The notes below the pieces were generated by a model. It was not told where the DNA came from. It did not search any database and saw only the letters and a program-made list of their open reading frames with translations. The translations under genes were made by a program, and so were the position numbers. 39,270 bases of DNA from a virus (taxonomy: Duplodnaviria > Caudoviricetes): the IMG/VR virus record IMGVR_UViG_3300011337_000487, positions 1-39,270 of that record; one strand, 5' to 3'. Below are positions 16,357 to 24,788 of the stretch, piece by piece. How positions within the stretch are numbered: position 1 is the stretch's first letter; the number at the start of each line of letters is the position of its first letter.

Positions 16357-16715
16357 CGCATTACCGCCCGGTCGTCATCGCCGACTACCAACCACTTATC
16401 CCAACACGCTTTACTTGACCGCCAGTGTCGCCAGCCCAAACCACCCCGCCACAACCACACAAAACTGTCGTACTGATTGCGTGGCGTGTCCAGCTCCGCA
16501 TTAGTGTACCCATTCATCCACAAATACGTAGCGTCGTTGAACTGCCATATACCGCTGTCACTCGTGTGACTCCTCGCGTGCAGTTCATAGCTACCAAGCG
16601 TCACCGTGTCGCCACTCTCACACGCCGCAATCGCTAACGCTTCGGGGGTCACCATCAGCGGGGTTGGCGTGCAATGCCCTAGCGTGCAACTTAAATAGAC
16701 TAGTAGTTCAAACAT
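16353..16715 (-). CDS. Lysozyme-fold transglycosylase (SLT/Rpf-like)
   Basis: IAACESG (candidate catalytic Glu), SGIWQF, NQ and GWRHW motifs, with a hydrophobic N-terminus. Confidence 0.75.
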   Translation of the reverse strand: MFELLVYLSCTLGHCTPTPLMVTPEALAIAACESGDTVTLGSYELHARSHTSDSGIWQFNDATYLWMNGYTNAELDTPRNQYDSFVWLWRGGLGWRHWRSSKACWDKWLVVGDDDRAVMR

Positions 16716-16941
16716 GATTACTCCATCCCTCTACACATGTGCTAATCGCTCGTATCATCCCATTTTGGTGGTAGCGCTTAGCGCATCCGCATATGAACCA
16801 CAACGTGATGTATGATGCCGTGTCCTGATGCCGTGCAACCACCGTGTTATAAATTTCTTGAGTGGGCGTGCTGATCGTCCACAGGTCATTGCCCCGACAG
16901 ACGTCTACCTTTTTTGGCACTGGCTCGTTTGGAATGCGCAT
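16708..16941 (-). CDS. Hypothetical protein
   Basis: 77 aa within the operon, overlapping its neighbours. Confidence 0.5.
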   Translation of the reverse strand: MRIPNEPVPKKVDVCRGNDLWTISTPTQEIYNTVVARHQDTASYITLWFICGCAKRYHQNGMIRAISTCVEGWSNHV

Positions 16942-17512
16942 TGCTTGTGAGTCCTTTCCGATAGTAGAGTGCGGCAGTCTTGGACATGCCGTACTTTGCC
17001 GCTACGGCACGTGATGACATGGTAAGTAAATCCGTGACGAATTGCTCATCTTTGAGCCGCGCAAACTTTGCGTATTTGCGCGTGACTTTGTATTTGCGGC
17101 GCGCTACATTGACCGCTGACATGGACACCCCGTAAATCGCCACAACCTCTTTTGCAAGGCGGGTTTTAATCGCCTGCTTAAACTCTTTTGACTTCACAGT
17201 AAGCTTTGCGCCAACGCCGATTTGCCGGCGCATTTCGAGGATAGACGGCCCTGACCAGCCGTATTTATATTCAAGTGCTTTCACCTGCATACTGCGTACA
17301 TCACTCACCCAATCCGGGTATTTCTGCCAAGCCCCAGACGATACCAGGCCGTGGGGCAATCGGCCGCCATATGGGCGCCCATGGGCGCGGCGCAACTCAC
17401 GGCAGCGCGTTTCGCTAATCCCGTAGCTTGCGGCAATCTCTGCGGTTTTGCGGGTGGTATCAATGAGTGCAATCTTGAACCCCGGATTATCCATGATTGA
17501 TGTGCGCGTCAT
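16886..17512 (-). CDS. Basic protein with tandem HTH-like repeats
   Basis: Four repeats of the type 'EIAASYGISETRCRELRR', 'EVVAIYGVSMSAVNVARR', 'AVAAKYGMSKTAALYYRK'. Confidence 0.6.
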   Translation of the reverse strand: MTRTSIMDNPGFKIALIDTTRKTAEIAASYGISETRCRELRRAHGRPYGGRLPHGLVSSGAWQKYPDWVSDVRSMQVKALEYKYGWSGPSILEMRRQIGVGAKLTVKSKEFKQAIKTRLAKEVVAIYGVSMSAVNVARRKYKVTRKYAKFARLKDEQFVTDLLTMSSRAVAAKYGMSKTAALYYRKGLTSNAHSKRASAKKGRRLSGQ

Positions 17513-17727
17513 TGTGCAAGCTCCTGTACTAATGCACCCACTATGGCGGTAATTTCGGTCTGGTTGCGTGCGACGCGTACCCCTTGGGTGAGTGATCCTG
17601 TTTGCTTGTACCGAACCATGATGTATGGGTGCGGCTCATTGACGAACCGCACCCCCACAAACACGTAGTACAACAAGCGGCCAATTTGGTGCCGGGCCTG
17701 TAGTGCGCCGTGGTCGTGTAGTATCAT
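17509..17727 (-). CDS. Hypothetical protein
   Basis: 72 aa, ATGA-coupled. Confidence 0.6.
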   Translation of the reverse strand: MILHDHGALQARHQIGRLLYYVFVGVRFVNEPHPYIMVRYKQTGSLTQGVRVARNQTEITAIVGALVQELAQ

Positions 17728-18227
17728 CCCAGCAGCCCTTTTAGGTACTTGCCAAACGTCACCAGTTCCTCGTAGGTCATCTCATGGGCTTGCAGGCTGG
17801 CTAAATCATGGTCAATCTTTAACCCCGCATTGGTGCACTCTTCCGCCAACTCAACAACCCGGTTTTGAGTCTTGAGCCGGGTTTGTACATCGGGTTCAGG
17901 GTCGCGTTGCTGGGCTACTTGCATTTCCATCCTACTCGCTAACGATTTGCTCGTAGCGAAGCCGAGGAACGCCAGCGCCCGACCTAACGCCGATGTTTCG
18001 GCATCCTCGAGCGGGTTGGTTTTCTGCGCGCCCTTCTGGGCGTCGAGCCGAAACGATGCCATTGCCGACGCGCTTCGGCCGTCGTTGAATGTGACCATCA
18101 CCCGAACGTACCCCAGCACGTCCGACATCATCACGGGATCGCTGCTGACTACTGATTGGATGAGGTGCGCGGCTTTGGCGACCCGTTCCGCCACACTCTC
18201 GTAATCATTGAGGTTGTACATTGCCAT
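17724..18227 (-). CDS. Single-strand annealing protein (Rad52/Sak-like)
   Basis: DYESVAERV...NPLEDAETSALGRALAFLGF motif. Confidence 0.7.
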   Translation of the reverse strand: MAMYNLNDYESVAERVAKAAHLIQSVVSSDPVMMSDVLGYVRVMVTFNDGRSASAMASFRLDAQKGAQKTNPLEDAETSALGRALAFLGFATSKSLASRMEMQVAQQRDPEPDVQTRLKTQNRVVELAEECTNAGLKIDHDLASLQAHEMTYEELVTFGKYLKGLLG

Positions 18228-18239
18228 TGGGGGCGCTCC

Positions 18240-18611
18240 TTACTTTGACGCGGTTATACGTAGGGTGGCCTTGCGGACAGCGTCTTTACGGGCGCCGTTG
18301 ATGATTTGAGCAATTTCGGCAAGTATGCGAAATGTATGCAAATCGCCATCTTGTTGTGCCTGGGCGCTAAGCATAATAATCCGTGATAGCGCGTGATTGA
18401 TGCCCGCTTTATCATAGCTCTGTGACGTGCTTGCCGGGGTGATTGCGGCGCTCCCGACGTGGTCAACCTTGATTGGGCCATGTGCTGATACGTAGTCTTC
18501 GATAACGCGCCGCAAATCGTCCTGCATGGCTTCGTGGGCCTTGATTTCGTCGGCCATGGCGAAATAGTCTTCCAACCATTTCGCCACCTCGTTAGGGGTG
18601 GGGTTACTCAT
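18240..18611 (-). CDS. Hypothetical protein (coiled coil, next to the SSAP)
   Basis: 123 aa, ATGA-coupled, ending ...ATLRIT. Confidence 0.65.
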   Translation of the reverse strand: MSNPTPNEVAKWLEDYFAMADEIKAHEAMQDDLRRVIEDYVSAHGPIKVDHVGSAAITPASTSQSYDKAGINHALSRIIMLSAQAQQDGDLHTFRILAEIAQIINGARKDAVRKATLRITASK

Positions 18612-18868
18612 TGCAATAATCCTTTCACGGCGACCAACTTCGCCAAGCTATTCAACAGCTGGGCGACCGCGGCCCGGTGGGTGGCGAACAATTCCTCGAT
18701 GGACTCGGGCTTTTCGTCGTAAGCCTGATAGATTTCCACAAACCCATGCCCAGCCACCACTTGGGCAACTACGTGCCAGCGGTTCCCAATACCGCGGGTA
18801 TACCCAAACTCAACCCGCACCCCGTCATCATTGATGTAGACGTCTTGAAATGTCGTGTAGTGATCCAT
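18608..18868 (-). CDS. Hypothetical early protein
   Basis: Start MDHYTTF at 18868, after an SD AAGGAG. Confidence 0.65.
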   Translation of the reverse strand: MDHYTTFQDVYINDDGVRVEFGYTRGIGNRWHVVAQVVAGHGFVEIYQAYDEKPESIEELFATHRAAVAQLLNSLAKLVAVKGLLQ

Positions 18869-18916
18869 TGTGCTATACTCCTTATGTGCCGGTTGCTCAT
18901 TGCCGGCACGCTTCAA

Positions 18917-19144
18917 TTACTCCCCCTGATTCCCCACACCACCCACACCACCAGCGCCGGTTTCCCCATCACCGCCGCGCTGTGCCCGGTGTTGCTCGAG
19001 GTAGCGCGCGATGCGCCCCTCAATTTCGTCAACCTGTTTCATGAGCCGCTCGGCTTGGATAGGATTACCGCGGCTGATAGCATTGCGGTACCGGTCATTG
19101 GCGACCGCGAGCCCCATGGTCAGGGCCTCAAGTGATAGTTCCAT
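18917..19144 (-). CDS. Hypothetical early protein
   Basis: 75 aa, SD GAGGGG, directly downstream of the ribozyme. Confidence 0.6.
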   Translation of the reverse strand: MELSLEALTMGLAVANDRYRNAISRGNPIQAERLMKQVDEIEGRIARYLEQHRAQRGGDGETGAGGVGGVGNQGE

Positions 19145-19165
19145 CGTGTCCCCTCTTTCTAAATA

Positions 19166-19235
19166 CGCTACTCATCAGTGACGGCGTAACCGTCATACAC
19201 CCCGGGAAGGTTTCCGCCCGGGGTGTTTCGTAGTG
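19166..19235 (-). ncRNA. Hammerhead ribozyme, type II
   Basis: Minus strand reads cuac-GAAA-CACCCCGGG[cggaaaccuu]CCCGGGGUG-UA^UGACGG[uuacg]CCGUCA-CUGAUGA-guag. The catalytic core is complete, with three stems and a GUA cleavage triplet, and it is fully intergenic. Confidence 0.92.
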
Positions 19236-19496
19236 TTACAACACTTCTGGGATTGCCATGTACCATAGTAACGGCTGGGGCAACCGGTTGCCATGTGCGT
19301 CGATTGGCGTGACCGGTCGGTTGCTCATACGCCAATCCCAGATAGCCATGTGAATGTCAGTGAGGGCTACGCCGGTGTCGTTGGGGAGGTGGCTGGCGAC
19401 CACGTCGGCCAATTCACCAACCGGCGTATAGTGGACGTCGTGGGCTTCGTGGATGTCGTGGAGGATTTGTTCGAGGTGTTCGGCGTGGTATTTCAT
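19236..19496 (-). CDS. Hypothetical early protein (His/Asp-rich)
   Basis: 86 aa, SD AAAGGAG. Confidence 0.7.
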   Translation of the reverse strand: MKYHAEHLEQILHDIHEAHDVHYTPVGELADVVASHLPNDTGVALTDIHMAIWDWRMSNRPVTPIDAHGNRLPQPLLWYMAIPEVL

Positions 19497-19514
19497 GGTT
19501 GCTCCTTTCGTGGT

Positions 19515-19534
19515 GGGGCGGCGTGACCCGCCCC
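19515..19534 (-). promoter_or_regulatory. GC-rich intergenic hairpin just upstream of an SD
   Basis: GGGGCGG-N6-CCGCCCC with no U tract. Confidence 0.4.
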
Positions 19535-19548
19535 GACCGGTCTGTAAA

Positions 19549-20124
19549 CTACTTGCTAGTAATCATGGCGTCAATTTTTCGTTCCCAGCCTGCCCGGTTT
19601 ACCCAGCGCCCTTGCCGGTCGAACCAGCCCCGACCGGAGGCGATGGCCTCACACGTTTCGGCGTGGGTCAGCACTTGGCCGTCGGCGCCCCAGGCAACCC
19701 CGAAGGCCTCGTTTTCGTTAATAGTGGCGATGACTTCCGCGGCGGTTGGGGTGGTGGCTTTTGCGGCCTCTGCGGCTTCGACCCGTGCCCAGGCATCGCG
19801 GACGATTTGGCGCCCCATGGGGCCGGTCAGCTCATCGGCGTCGTACTCGGCTTGAACGGTCTCGGCGTACTCGCGAAGCTCGGCGGTGGTCATGGTGGCG
19901 AAGTCTTGGGTGGCGGGCTCAACCGCCGCCATCTGGTTGGCGGTGTGCTGGTCGGTAGCCCATTGAGCGCCGGCGGCGTTGTAGGCATCTTGGGCGGTGG
20001 TGAGTGATTCCATGGTAGCGTCGGCATCGTTCAGGGCAGTCTGGTAGACGTCGCAAGCCGTGGCATACTTGGCTTTGGCGGTGTCGAGGAAGGCCTGCCA
20101 TTGGGTGGTTGTCTGCTGACTCAT
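19549..20124 (-). CDS. First gene of the early operon; N-terminal domain paralogous to a segment of the 811-aa head protein
   Basis: 191 aa, Ala/Thr-rich, strongly C/G-ending codons, directly downstream of a near-consensus promoter. Confidence 0.8.
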   Translation of the reverse strand: MSQQTTTQWQAFLDTAKAKYATACDVYQTALNDADATMESLTTAQDAYNAAGAQWATDQHTANQMAAVEPATQDFATMTTAELREYAETVQAEYDADELTGPMGRQIVRDAWARVEAAEAAKATTPTAAEVIATINENEAFGVAWGADGQVLTHAETCEAIASGRGWFDRQGRWVNRAGWERKIDAMITSK

Positions 20125-20172
20125 TGGGGGTCTCGCTTTCTCTGAAAACTACTCTAATTCCTATCCACCCGT

Positions 20173-20202
20173 ATATTAGCATAATATATTATTTGTTGTC
20201 AA
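20173..20202 (-). promoter_or_regulatory. Sigma70-type early promoter
   Basis: TTGACA-N18-TAATAT with a TG extension. The spacer holds the palindrome ATAATATATTAT (20181-20192). Confidence 0.7.
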
Positions 20203-20389
20203 GCGGTTTTATAGACTTCTTTTTGATGGCCCCGCGCTGTCGCTTAAGTGCGTAGTAATGCGCCTTGGTCATGCCGTACCAGCGCTCGGCTTCCTCTATC
20301 GTGATGCTGAATAGCTCGTTATCCGATACGTGCTGATATATCTCAGCAAGCGTCGGCGCGGAATCAATCTTACGGCGTCGTTTCGTCAT
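20189..20389 (-). CDS. Small basic HTH-like protein
   Basis: MTKRRRK...IEEAERWYGMTKAHYYALKRQ. The start at 20389 is ATGA-coupled. Confidence 0.55.
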   Translation of the reverse strand: MTKRRRKIDSAPTLAEIYQHVSDNELFSITIEEAERWYGMTKAHYYALKRQRGAIKKKSIKPLDNK

Positions 20390-20637
20390 CGCCGCCCCGC
20401 CTTCTGGAACCAGTCGCCCACCGACCACGCCAACCAATCATCACCTGCTTCGACCACCGCCACGACGTCCCGCACCGTCAACCCGGCGGGTAGCGTGAAT
20501 CGTATCATCTCGCGACCGGTGGCGCGGTCGCTAATCATGACCATTAACCCATCAATAGCCACGGTATAAATACCGACATCGTAGCAGGTAAGCCACGGCT
20601 GGGGCTTGCGTACTGTGGTAAATAATCCTAGTTGCAT
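20386..20637 (-). CDS. Hypothetical protein
   Basis: 83 aa, SD AAGGAG. Confidence 0.65.
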   Translation of the reverse strand: MQLGLFTTVRKPQPWLTCYDVGIYTVAIDGLMVMISDRATGREMIRFTLPAGLTVRDVVAVVEAGDDWLAWSVGDWFQKAGRR

Positions 20638-20736
20638 AACACTCCTTTTCTTGTGCTATCCTACTTCTACCCCTACGCGTCGATAATGCCCGGCGGTGCC
20701 GATGTTTCGTGACCGTGGGGGTGCGTGTAGTGATCA

Positions 20737-21261
20737 CTATTGACCACTTTTTAGTACACTACCAAACTTCGTAAACACTCGCGTAAATGCCTCCAAATCG
20801 CCCCCAAAGTAAAAGAACGCTTGACCACGGGTGTTACTGCCCCCCATGGTTATTCCGTCGCTCTTAACGAAGCGTATGCGCTTTGCCGTGAAACACACGG
20901 CATTGCACGACCCGAGCGCCATCTGGAACCAGCGCGCATCGGTGGCCACGTTGACCAGTACAATCGTTGCCGACCCGTTGACGCGGTGATTGTGAATGAT
21001 GGTATTGATACACCGGTCAATCAGCCCGCGCTCGTAGGGTGGATTAGCGAACACGGTTTTCACCACCGGCCACGGTGTCATCGTGGCGTCATCGGCGGCC
21101 GTGTAGTAATCATCGGCACCGACCAGGGTATTCGCAACCTCACAGCTGAACGGGTCAAACTGAATCGACCCCAACACCGCCCGCACCGCATCGATATAGA
21201 CCGGCGGGGTGTACCACTCATTGGTACTGCTCGCAATCAAGTACTGTTTCTTTTCTGACAT
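20737..21261 (-). CDS. Phage DNA N6-adenine methyltransferase (Dam-like, T1/HP1 type)
   Basis: NEWYTP, FDPFS, FANPPY, TDARWFQ and RIRF motifs. Confidence 0.85.
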   Translation of the reverse strand: MSEKKQYLIASSTNEWYTPPVYIDAVRAVLGSIQFDPFSCEVANTLVGADDYYTAADDATMTPWPVVKTVFANPPYERGLIDRCINTIIHNHRVNGSATIVLVNVATDARWFQMALGSCNAVCFTAKRIRFVKSDGITMGGSNTRGQAFFYFGGDLEAFTRVFTKFGSVLKSGQ

Positions 21262-21294
21262 GGGATAATCTCCTGTTTGCTCATTCCTAAATCT

Positions 21295-21323
21295 ATGCTA
21301 TTATATTATTGTATTGTTGTCAA
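21295..21323 (-). promoter_or_regulatory. Sigma70-type promoter at the divergence point
   Basis: TTGACA-N17-TAGCAT on the minus strand. It overlaps a plus-strand TGcTATTAT that could drive the replication operon. Confidence 0.6.
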
Positions 21324-21339
21324 TGAGAGGGAGGGGTAA

Positions 21340-21732
21340 TTGGAGGAACAACTACAGATTGCGCTATTCGAGTTTTACGCGCGGGCATCAGGACAGATAC
21401 CGGCGCTAGAGCTAGCGTTCCATGTTCCTAACGGCGGCGTTCGGCACCCCGCCACCGGTGCCCGGTTTAAGGCGATGGGAGTCAAGCCCGGCGTTCCTGA
21501 TGTACTGTTGCCCGTTCGGTCGGGGCCATATGTTGGGCTGGCTATTGAGTTAAAAGCCGGCAAAAACAAGCCCACCGATCACCAGCAATGGTGGCTAACT
21601 GAATTACGGGTAAGCGGGTGGTATACCATGGTCGCTTACGATTGGGTGCCCGCCGCCGTGACCACGCTCATCTACCTGGGGCACGACCCCAAAGCATACG
21701 GGTTGCCTAGCGCAACCCTACAAACACTATAA
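21340..21732 (+). CDS. VRR-NUC domain nuclease
   Basis: E..LQ, FHVPNGG, GVKPGVPD and IELKAGKNKPTDHQ form a PD-(D/E)XK pattern. TTG start after GGAGG. Confidence 0.88.
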   Translation: MEEQLQIALFEFYARASGQIPALELAFHVPNGGVRHPATGARFKAMGVKPGVPDVLLPVRSGPYVGLAIELKAGKNKPTDHQQWWLTELRVSGWYTMVAYDWVPAAVTTLIYLGHDPKAYGLPSATLQTL

Positions 21733-21741
21733 GGAGCAATC

Positions 21742-21945
21742 ATGTCACAACGCGTCCGCCCACCCCGCTATGTGGTGACCTCGTTTACCATTGAACAGGA
21801 CCAATACGACTGGCTCGCCAAAGAGGCGATGCGCCTCACCACTGCAACCCAGTCCCGGGTCAGTATGTCCGAGATAATCCGGGCCGTTATCGCCTCAATG
21901 ATGAAGTCGAAAGCCGCGACCGATGCACACACAGATACCGAATGA
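21742..21945 (+). CDS. Ribbon-helix-helix-like DNA-binding protein
   Basis: Beta strand VTSFTI, then a helix, then SMSEIIRAVI. SD AAGGAG. Confidence 0.6.
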   Translation: MSQRVRPPRYVVTSFTIEQDQYDWLAKEAMRLTTATQSRVSMSEIIRAVIASMMKSKAATDAHTDTE

Positions 21946-22687
21946 AATGTTTCATATGATGCGCCATATGTCGGCGTCGGCATGGATGTGTTACACACTG
22001 ATATGCCGGCGTACCATCGGCTGGCATAAGTGTGCCGACGTGATTAGCAACTCGCAATTTTGTACTGATACGGGGCTATCGAAGCCCACGGTAATTCGGG
22101 CGCTTGCCGAGCTGTCGGCACTTGGCATGGTGGAAGTGGTGCCCACCAAAGTGCACGGCCAACCCGCCAATCAGTACACAATTGTAGGGATAACTATTGA
22201 CACTTTCGGTAGTATCATTTTTTTACCCCCTAGTATCAAAACGTTACCCCCTAGTAAAGAATCTTTACTCCCTAGTAAAAAAACGTTACTAGGAGGTAGT
22301 AAAGAATCTTTACCCACAAAAGAAAGAATACAAAAGAAACAAACTAAAGAAAGGAAGGGAACGCGTATTGCGATACGCGACCCCGCGTTGGATAGTTGGC
22401 AAGTGTTAACGTATCAGCAAATTGCCAAACGTCATATACCGGTAACGTGGCGACAAAAAGTAATCGACACGGTAACCGATGAAGCGCGCTGGAAATCGCT
22501 ACTGGTACAATGGATTGGCTCGGGTTGGAACATCGGCAACATATCAGGAATATTGCAACGATACGAAGGAGCGTCAAATGAGCGACGAACACCACGACAA
22601 AATGATGGCGGGGGCAAACCTCCAACCTCTAACGGCCTTACTGTCCGGGAATATCTTGAAGCCGAAGGGTACACCGGACTTCAATGA
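21923..22687 (+). CDS. Replication initiator (lambda O-like)
   Basis: TQIPN, RRTIGW...ISNSQF...TGLSKPTVIRALAEL winged helix, internal iterons, and a DnaC-like gene directly downstream. Confidence 0.85.
   Translation: MHTQIPNEMFHMMRHMSASAWMCYTLICRRTIGWHKCADVISNSQFCTDTGLSKPTVIRALAELSALGMVEVVPTKVHGQPANQYTIVGITIDTFGSIIFLPPSIKTLPPSKESLLPSKKTLLGGSKESLPTKERIQKKQTKERKGTRIAIRDPALDSWQVLTYQQIAKRHIPVTWRQKVIDTVTDEARWKSLLVQWIGSGWNIGNISGILQRYEGASNERRTPRQNDGGGKPPTSNGLTVREYLEAEGYTGLQ
22210..22313. repeat. Iterons / putative replication origin
   Basis: Five TAGTA-N8-TTAC units at 22210, 22231, 22252, 22273 and 22297 (period 21, 21, 21, 24), followed by an A-rich tract. Confidence 0.8.
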
Positions 22688-23492
22688 TTACGATATGCTT
22701 GGCATTACACGACACGACATGACCTATTACGAACGCTACCAAGCGGTGAAAGCGTACTGGGGGCAACAGCGCAAAGCGGGGATGATCAAGAAGCGCGCGC
22801 CATACCCAGACCCCGCTAACGTGACGCCGGGGTGTAACTGTGATGGGGCCGGGTGGTATATCCAGCGCACGGCTGCCGGATTATCAGAGATGAAAAAATG
22901 TGCGTGTGGGATTGCGGGCCCATCGGCGTTTGAACGGTCGCTCAATCGTGAGTTGGATATTCTCGCCAATCGCACGTTTGAAAACTTTCATCTTGACCGT
23001 CCGTACAAAGACACCCCAGCCGCATCGGCGACGATGCAACGCGCTATGGTAGAAAACGCTGTAAACAAGGCCAGGAGCTTCGCAAATACGCCAAGTGGCT
23101 GGTTATATATCCACGGCACGTTTGGTGCCGGAAAAAGCCATTTAGCGGCCGCTGTGGCGAATGTGTGCGGACGTTCCCACCGGGTGATATATCGGAGCAT
23201 GCCGGCGATGCTCGACACGATACGCGAAAACTCTCAAATGCTGGATAAACTGTTCGACCAAATCAGCAATGCCGACGTGGTGGTGCTTGACGATATCGGC
23301 GCCGACGGCACGCCGACCGAGTGGGCGGAAGCCCGTATTTTTCGCCTCATCAACGACCGGGTGGATAAACCGACCGTATACACCTCCAACGTTGACGTGT
23401 GGGACTTGCCCTACCATGAACGCATCAAAGACCGGCTAAACGCCAGCCGCCGGGCATGGCTCAATACCACCAGTATGCGAGGGCAAGTATGA
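22578..23492 (+). CDS. DnaC/IstB-like AAA+ helicase loader
   Basis: Zn motif CNCDGAGW...CAC, Walker A GTFGAGKS, Walker B VVLDD and YTSN. The start at 22578 follows AAGGAG and overlaps the end of the initiator gene. Confidence 0.88.
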   Translation: MSDEHHDKMMAGANLQPLTALLSGNILKPKGTPDFNDYDMLGITRHDMTYYERYQAVKAYWGQQRKAGMIKKRAPYPDPANVTPGCNCDGAGWYIQRTAAGLSEMKKCACGIAGPSAFERSLNRELDILANRTFENFHLDRPYKDTPAASATMQRAMVENAVNKARSFANTPSGWLYIHGTFGAGKSHLAAAVANVCGRSHRVIYRSMPAMLDTIRENSQMLDKLFDQISNADVVVLDDIGADGTPTEWAEARIFRLINDRVDKPTVYTSNVDVWDLPYHERIKDRLNASRRAWLNTTSMRGQV

Positions 23493-23905
23493 ATAATGAT
23501 GACATTCTTTTTCGGGAGTTAAGGAAAAAACTGGCTGCTCGTTTGGGCATTGATCCTGTTAATCACCAGCCATATGTTCCTCGGTACGACGTAAGTTTTG
23601 AGCACACCGCAAGTAAGTATGATTTGGGTTTTTCGGTGCGCGTACGTGCAGACAACGTGTTGCATGGCTGGGAGATTTGCACATGGGTGTTTCTGCCAGT
23701 TAGCGGATTCCCCGGGATAAGAGATGTGTATTTTGTGCCGCACATGCCAAAAATTAACGCATTTCTGTACGCAATGCCGAACCAAGAGCACAAGTTATGG
23801 AATTGGCGGCATACCGATGAGGACGGGGTGGAATCGCAAATACTTACCGATGATGAAATAGTGGTGGTTTTGCAACGAATCAAAGGACAAATTTACGGTG
23901 GTTAA
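23489..23905 (+). CDS. Hypothetical protein
   Basis: ATGA-coupled start at 23489. Confidence 0.6.
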   Translation: MNNDDILFRELRKKLAARLGIDPVNHQPYVPRYDVSFEHTASKYDLGFSVRVRADNVLHGWEICTWVFLPVSGFPGIRDVYFVPHMPKINAFLYAMPNQEHKLWNWRHTDEDGVESQILTDDEIVVVLQRIKGQIYGG

Positions 23906-23920
23906 TCATAAGGAGCAAGT

Positions 23921-24472
23921 ATGATTGGTAATAAGCACAATGATGATGCGCACAATATGCATATGAGCCTCATACGGGCAATGTACCGCGCCATTGGCCA
24001 TCCGTTGCCCGAACCAACACCCGAACCAACACCCGAACCCGAACCGCCAATCGTTGACCCAATCGACAAAGCCGAAGCCGAGTACCAAGCGCTGGTTGCC
24101 GCGTTTCATCGGCTACGACCACGGAACGGTTGGAGCATCTCCACAACCAACCGTGATGAGGTGGTGTATCAGTGTAGCGTGCCGATTGACGGAGCAAAGG
24201 AGCACCCGTACTGCGTAAGCGTGTTGTATCCCGTACCGCTTAAACGGTTTGTGGATTACCTTACACAGGAAGCCGAGGAATTAGAAAAACTACGGGACTT
24301 GGGTATCAGTCGCAACTACCCCACCACCAATCAGCAATACCAACCCGTACCACCGAATTACATCACACAGGAGCTAGACAAACAGGGGTATGATTTTATC
24401 CCGGGCGCGTTCCTGGCAATCAAGCGTACCGGTATGTGGGCAACCGCAATTAGTAAGGAAGGCGGGCAGTAA
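23921..24472 (+). CDS. Hypothetical protein with a PEPT linker
   Basis: SD AAGGAG. CCCGAA-based repeats at about 24008-24045. Confidence 0.65.
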   Translation: MIGNKHNDDAHNMHMSLIRAMYRAIGHPLPEPTPEPTPEPEPPIVDPIDKAEAEYQALVAAFHRLRPRNGWSISTTNRDEVVYQCSVPIDGAKEHPYCVSVLYPVPLKRFVDYLTQEAEELEKLRDLGISRNYPTTNQQYQPVPPNYITQELDKQGYDFIPGAFLAIKRTGMWATAISKEGGQ

Positions 24473-24535
24473 TCAAGGAATCCTTGACACCTCAACTGCC
24501 GAGGAATCCTCGGCAGTTGAAAGAGAAATTTTCTC
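24473..24535. repeat. Cluster of three palindromes with 1-nt centres
   Basis: TCAAGGA-A-TCCTTGA, TCAACTGCCGAGGA-A-TCCTCGGCAGTTGA and GAGAAA-T-TTTCTC. Confidence 0.8.
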
Positions 24536-24596
24536 CTTAACTCACAATAAATCCTTGTAAGTTCGATTTTTATGCAATGAGAGGACAATAAATAGC

Positions 24597-24788
24597 ATGA
24601 AACAACGCAATCAGCTATACCGTACAATCCGCTATGCACGCACCCGGCGCAAGGTAACCATGCGCTGGCGCATCACCCTAGACACGGCCTTTGCTGCACT
24701 AAATCGGGTGTTTGATACATTGCCCAAAATCATGCAATCACTGGTCGAGCAGATACGACAATCGGCGGAGGTATTGCGCCTACCATGA
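24597..24788 (+). CDS. Hypothetical basic protein
   Basis: 63 aa, GAGGA upstream, ATGA-coupled to the next gene. Confidence 0.55.
   Translation: MKQRNQLYRTIRYARTRRKVTMRWRITLDTAFAALNRVFDTLPKIMQSLVEQIRQSAEVLRLP

Noticed and set aside
3750-20110. Duplicated segment as a DGR template/variable repeat pair
   Set aside because: No reverse transcriptase is present. The differences are not adenine-specific, many are synonymous, and both copies are coding.
20640-20735. Possible second hammerhead (contains CGAAAC and short stems)
   Set aside because: There is no CUGANGA core in a compatible position. Some structure is possible but unsupported.
22210-22313. Regularly spaced repeats as a mini CRISPR array
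   Set aside because: The 21-bp period leaves no spacers, the repeats lie within a CDS, and no cas genes are present. They fit iterons.
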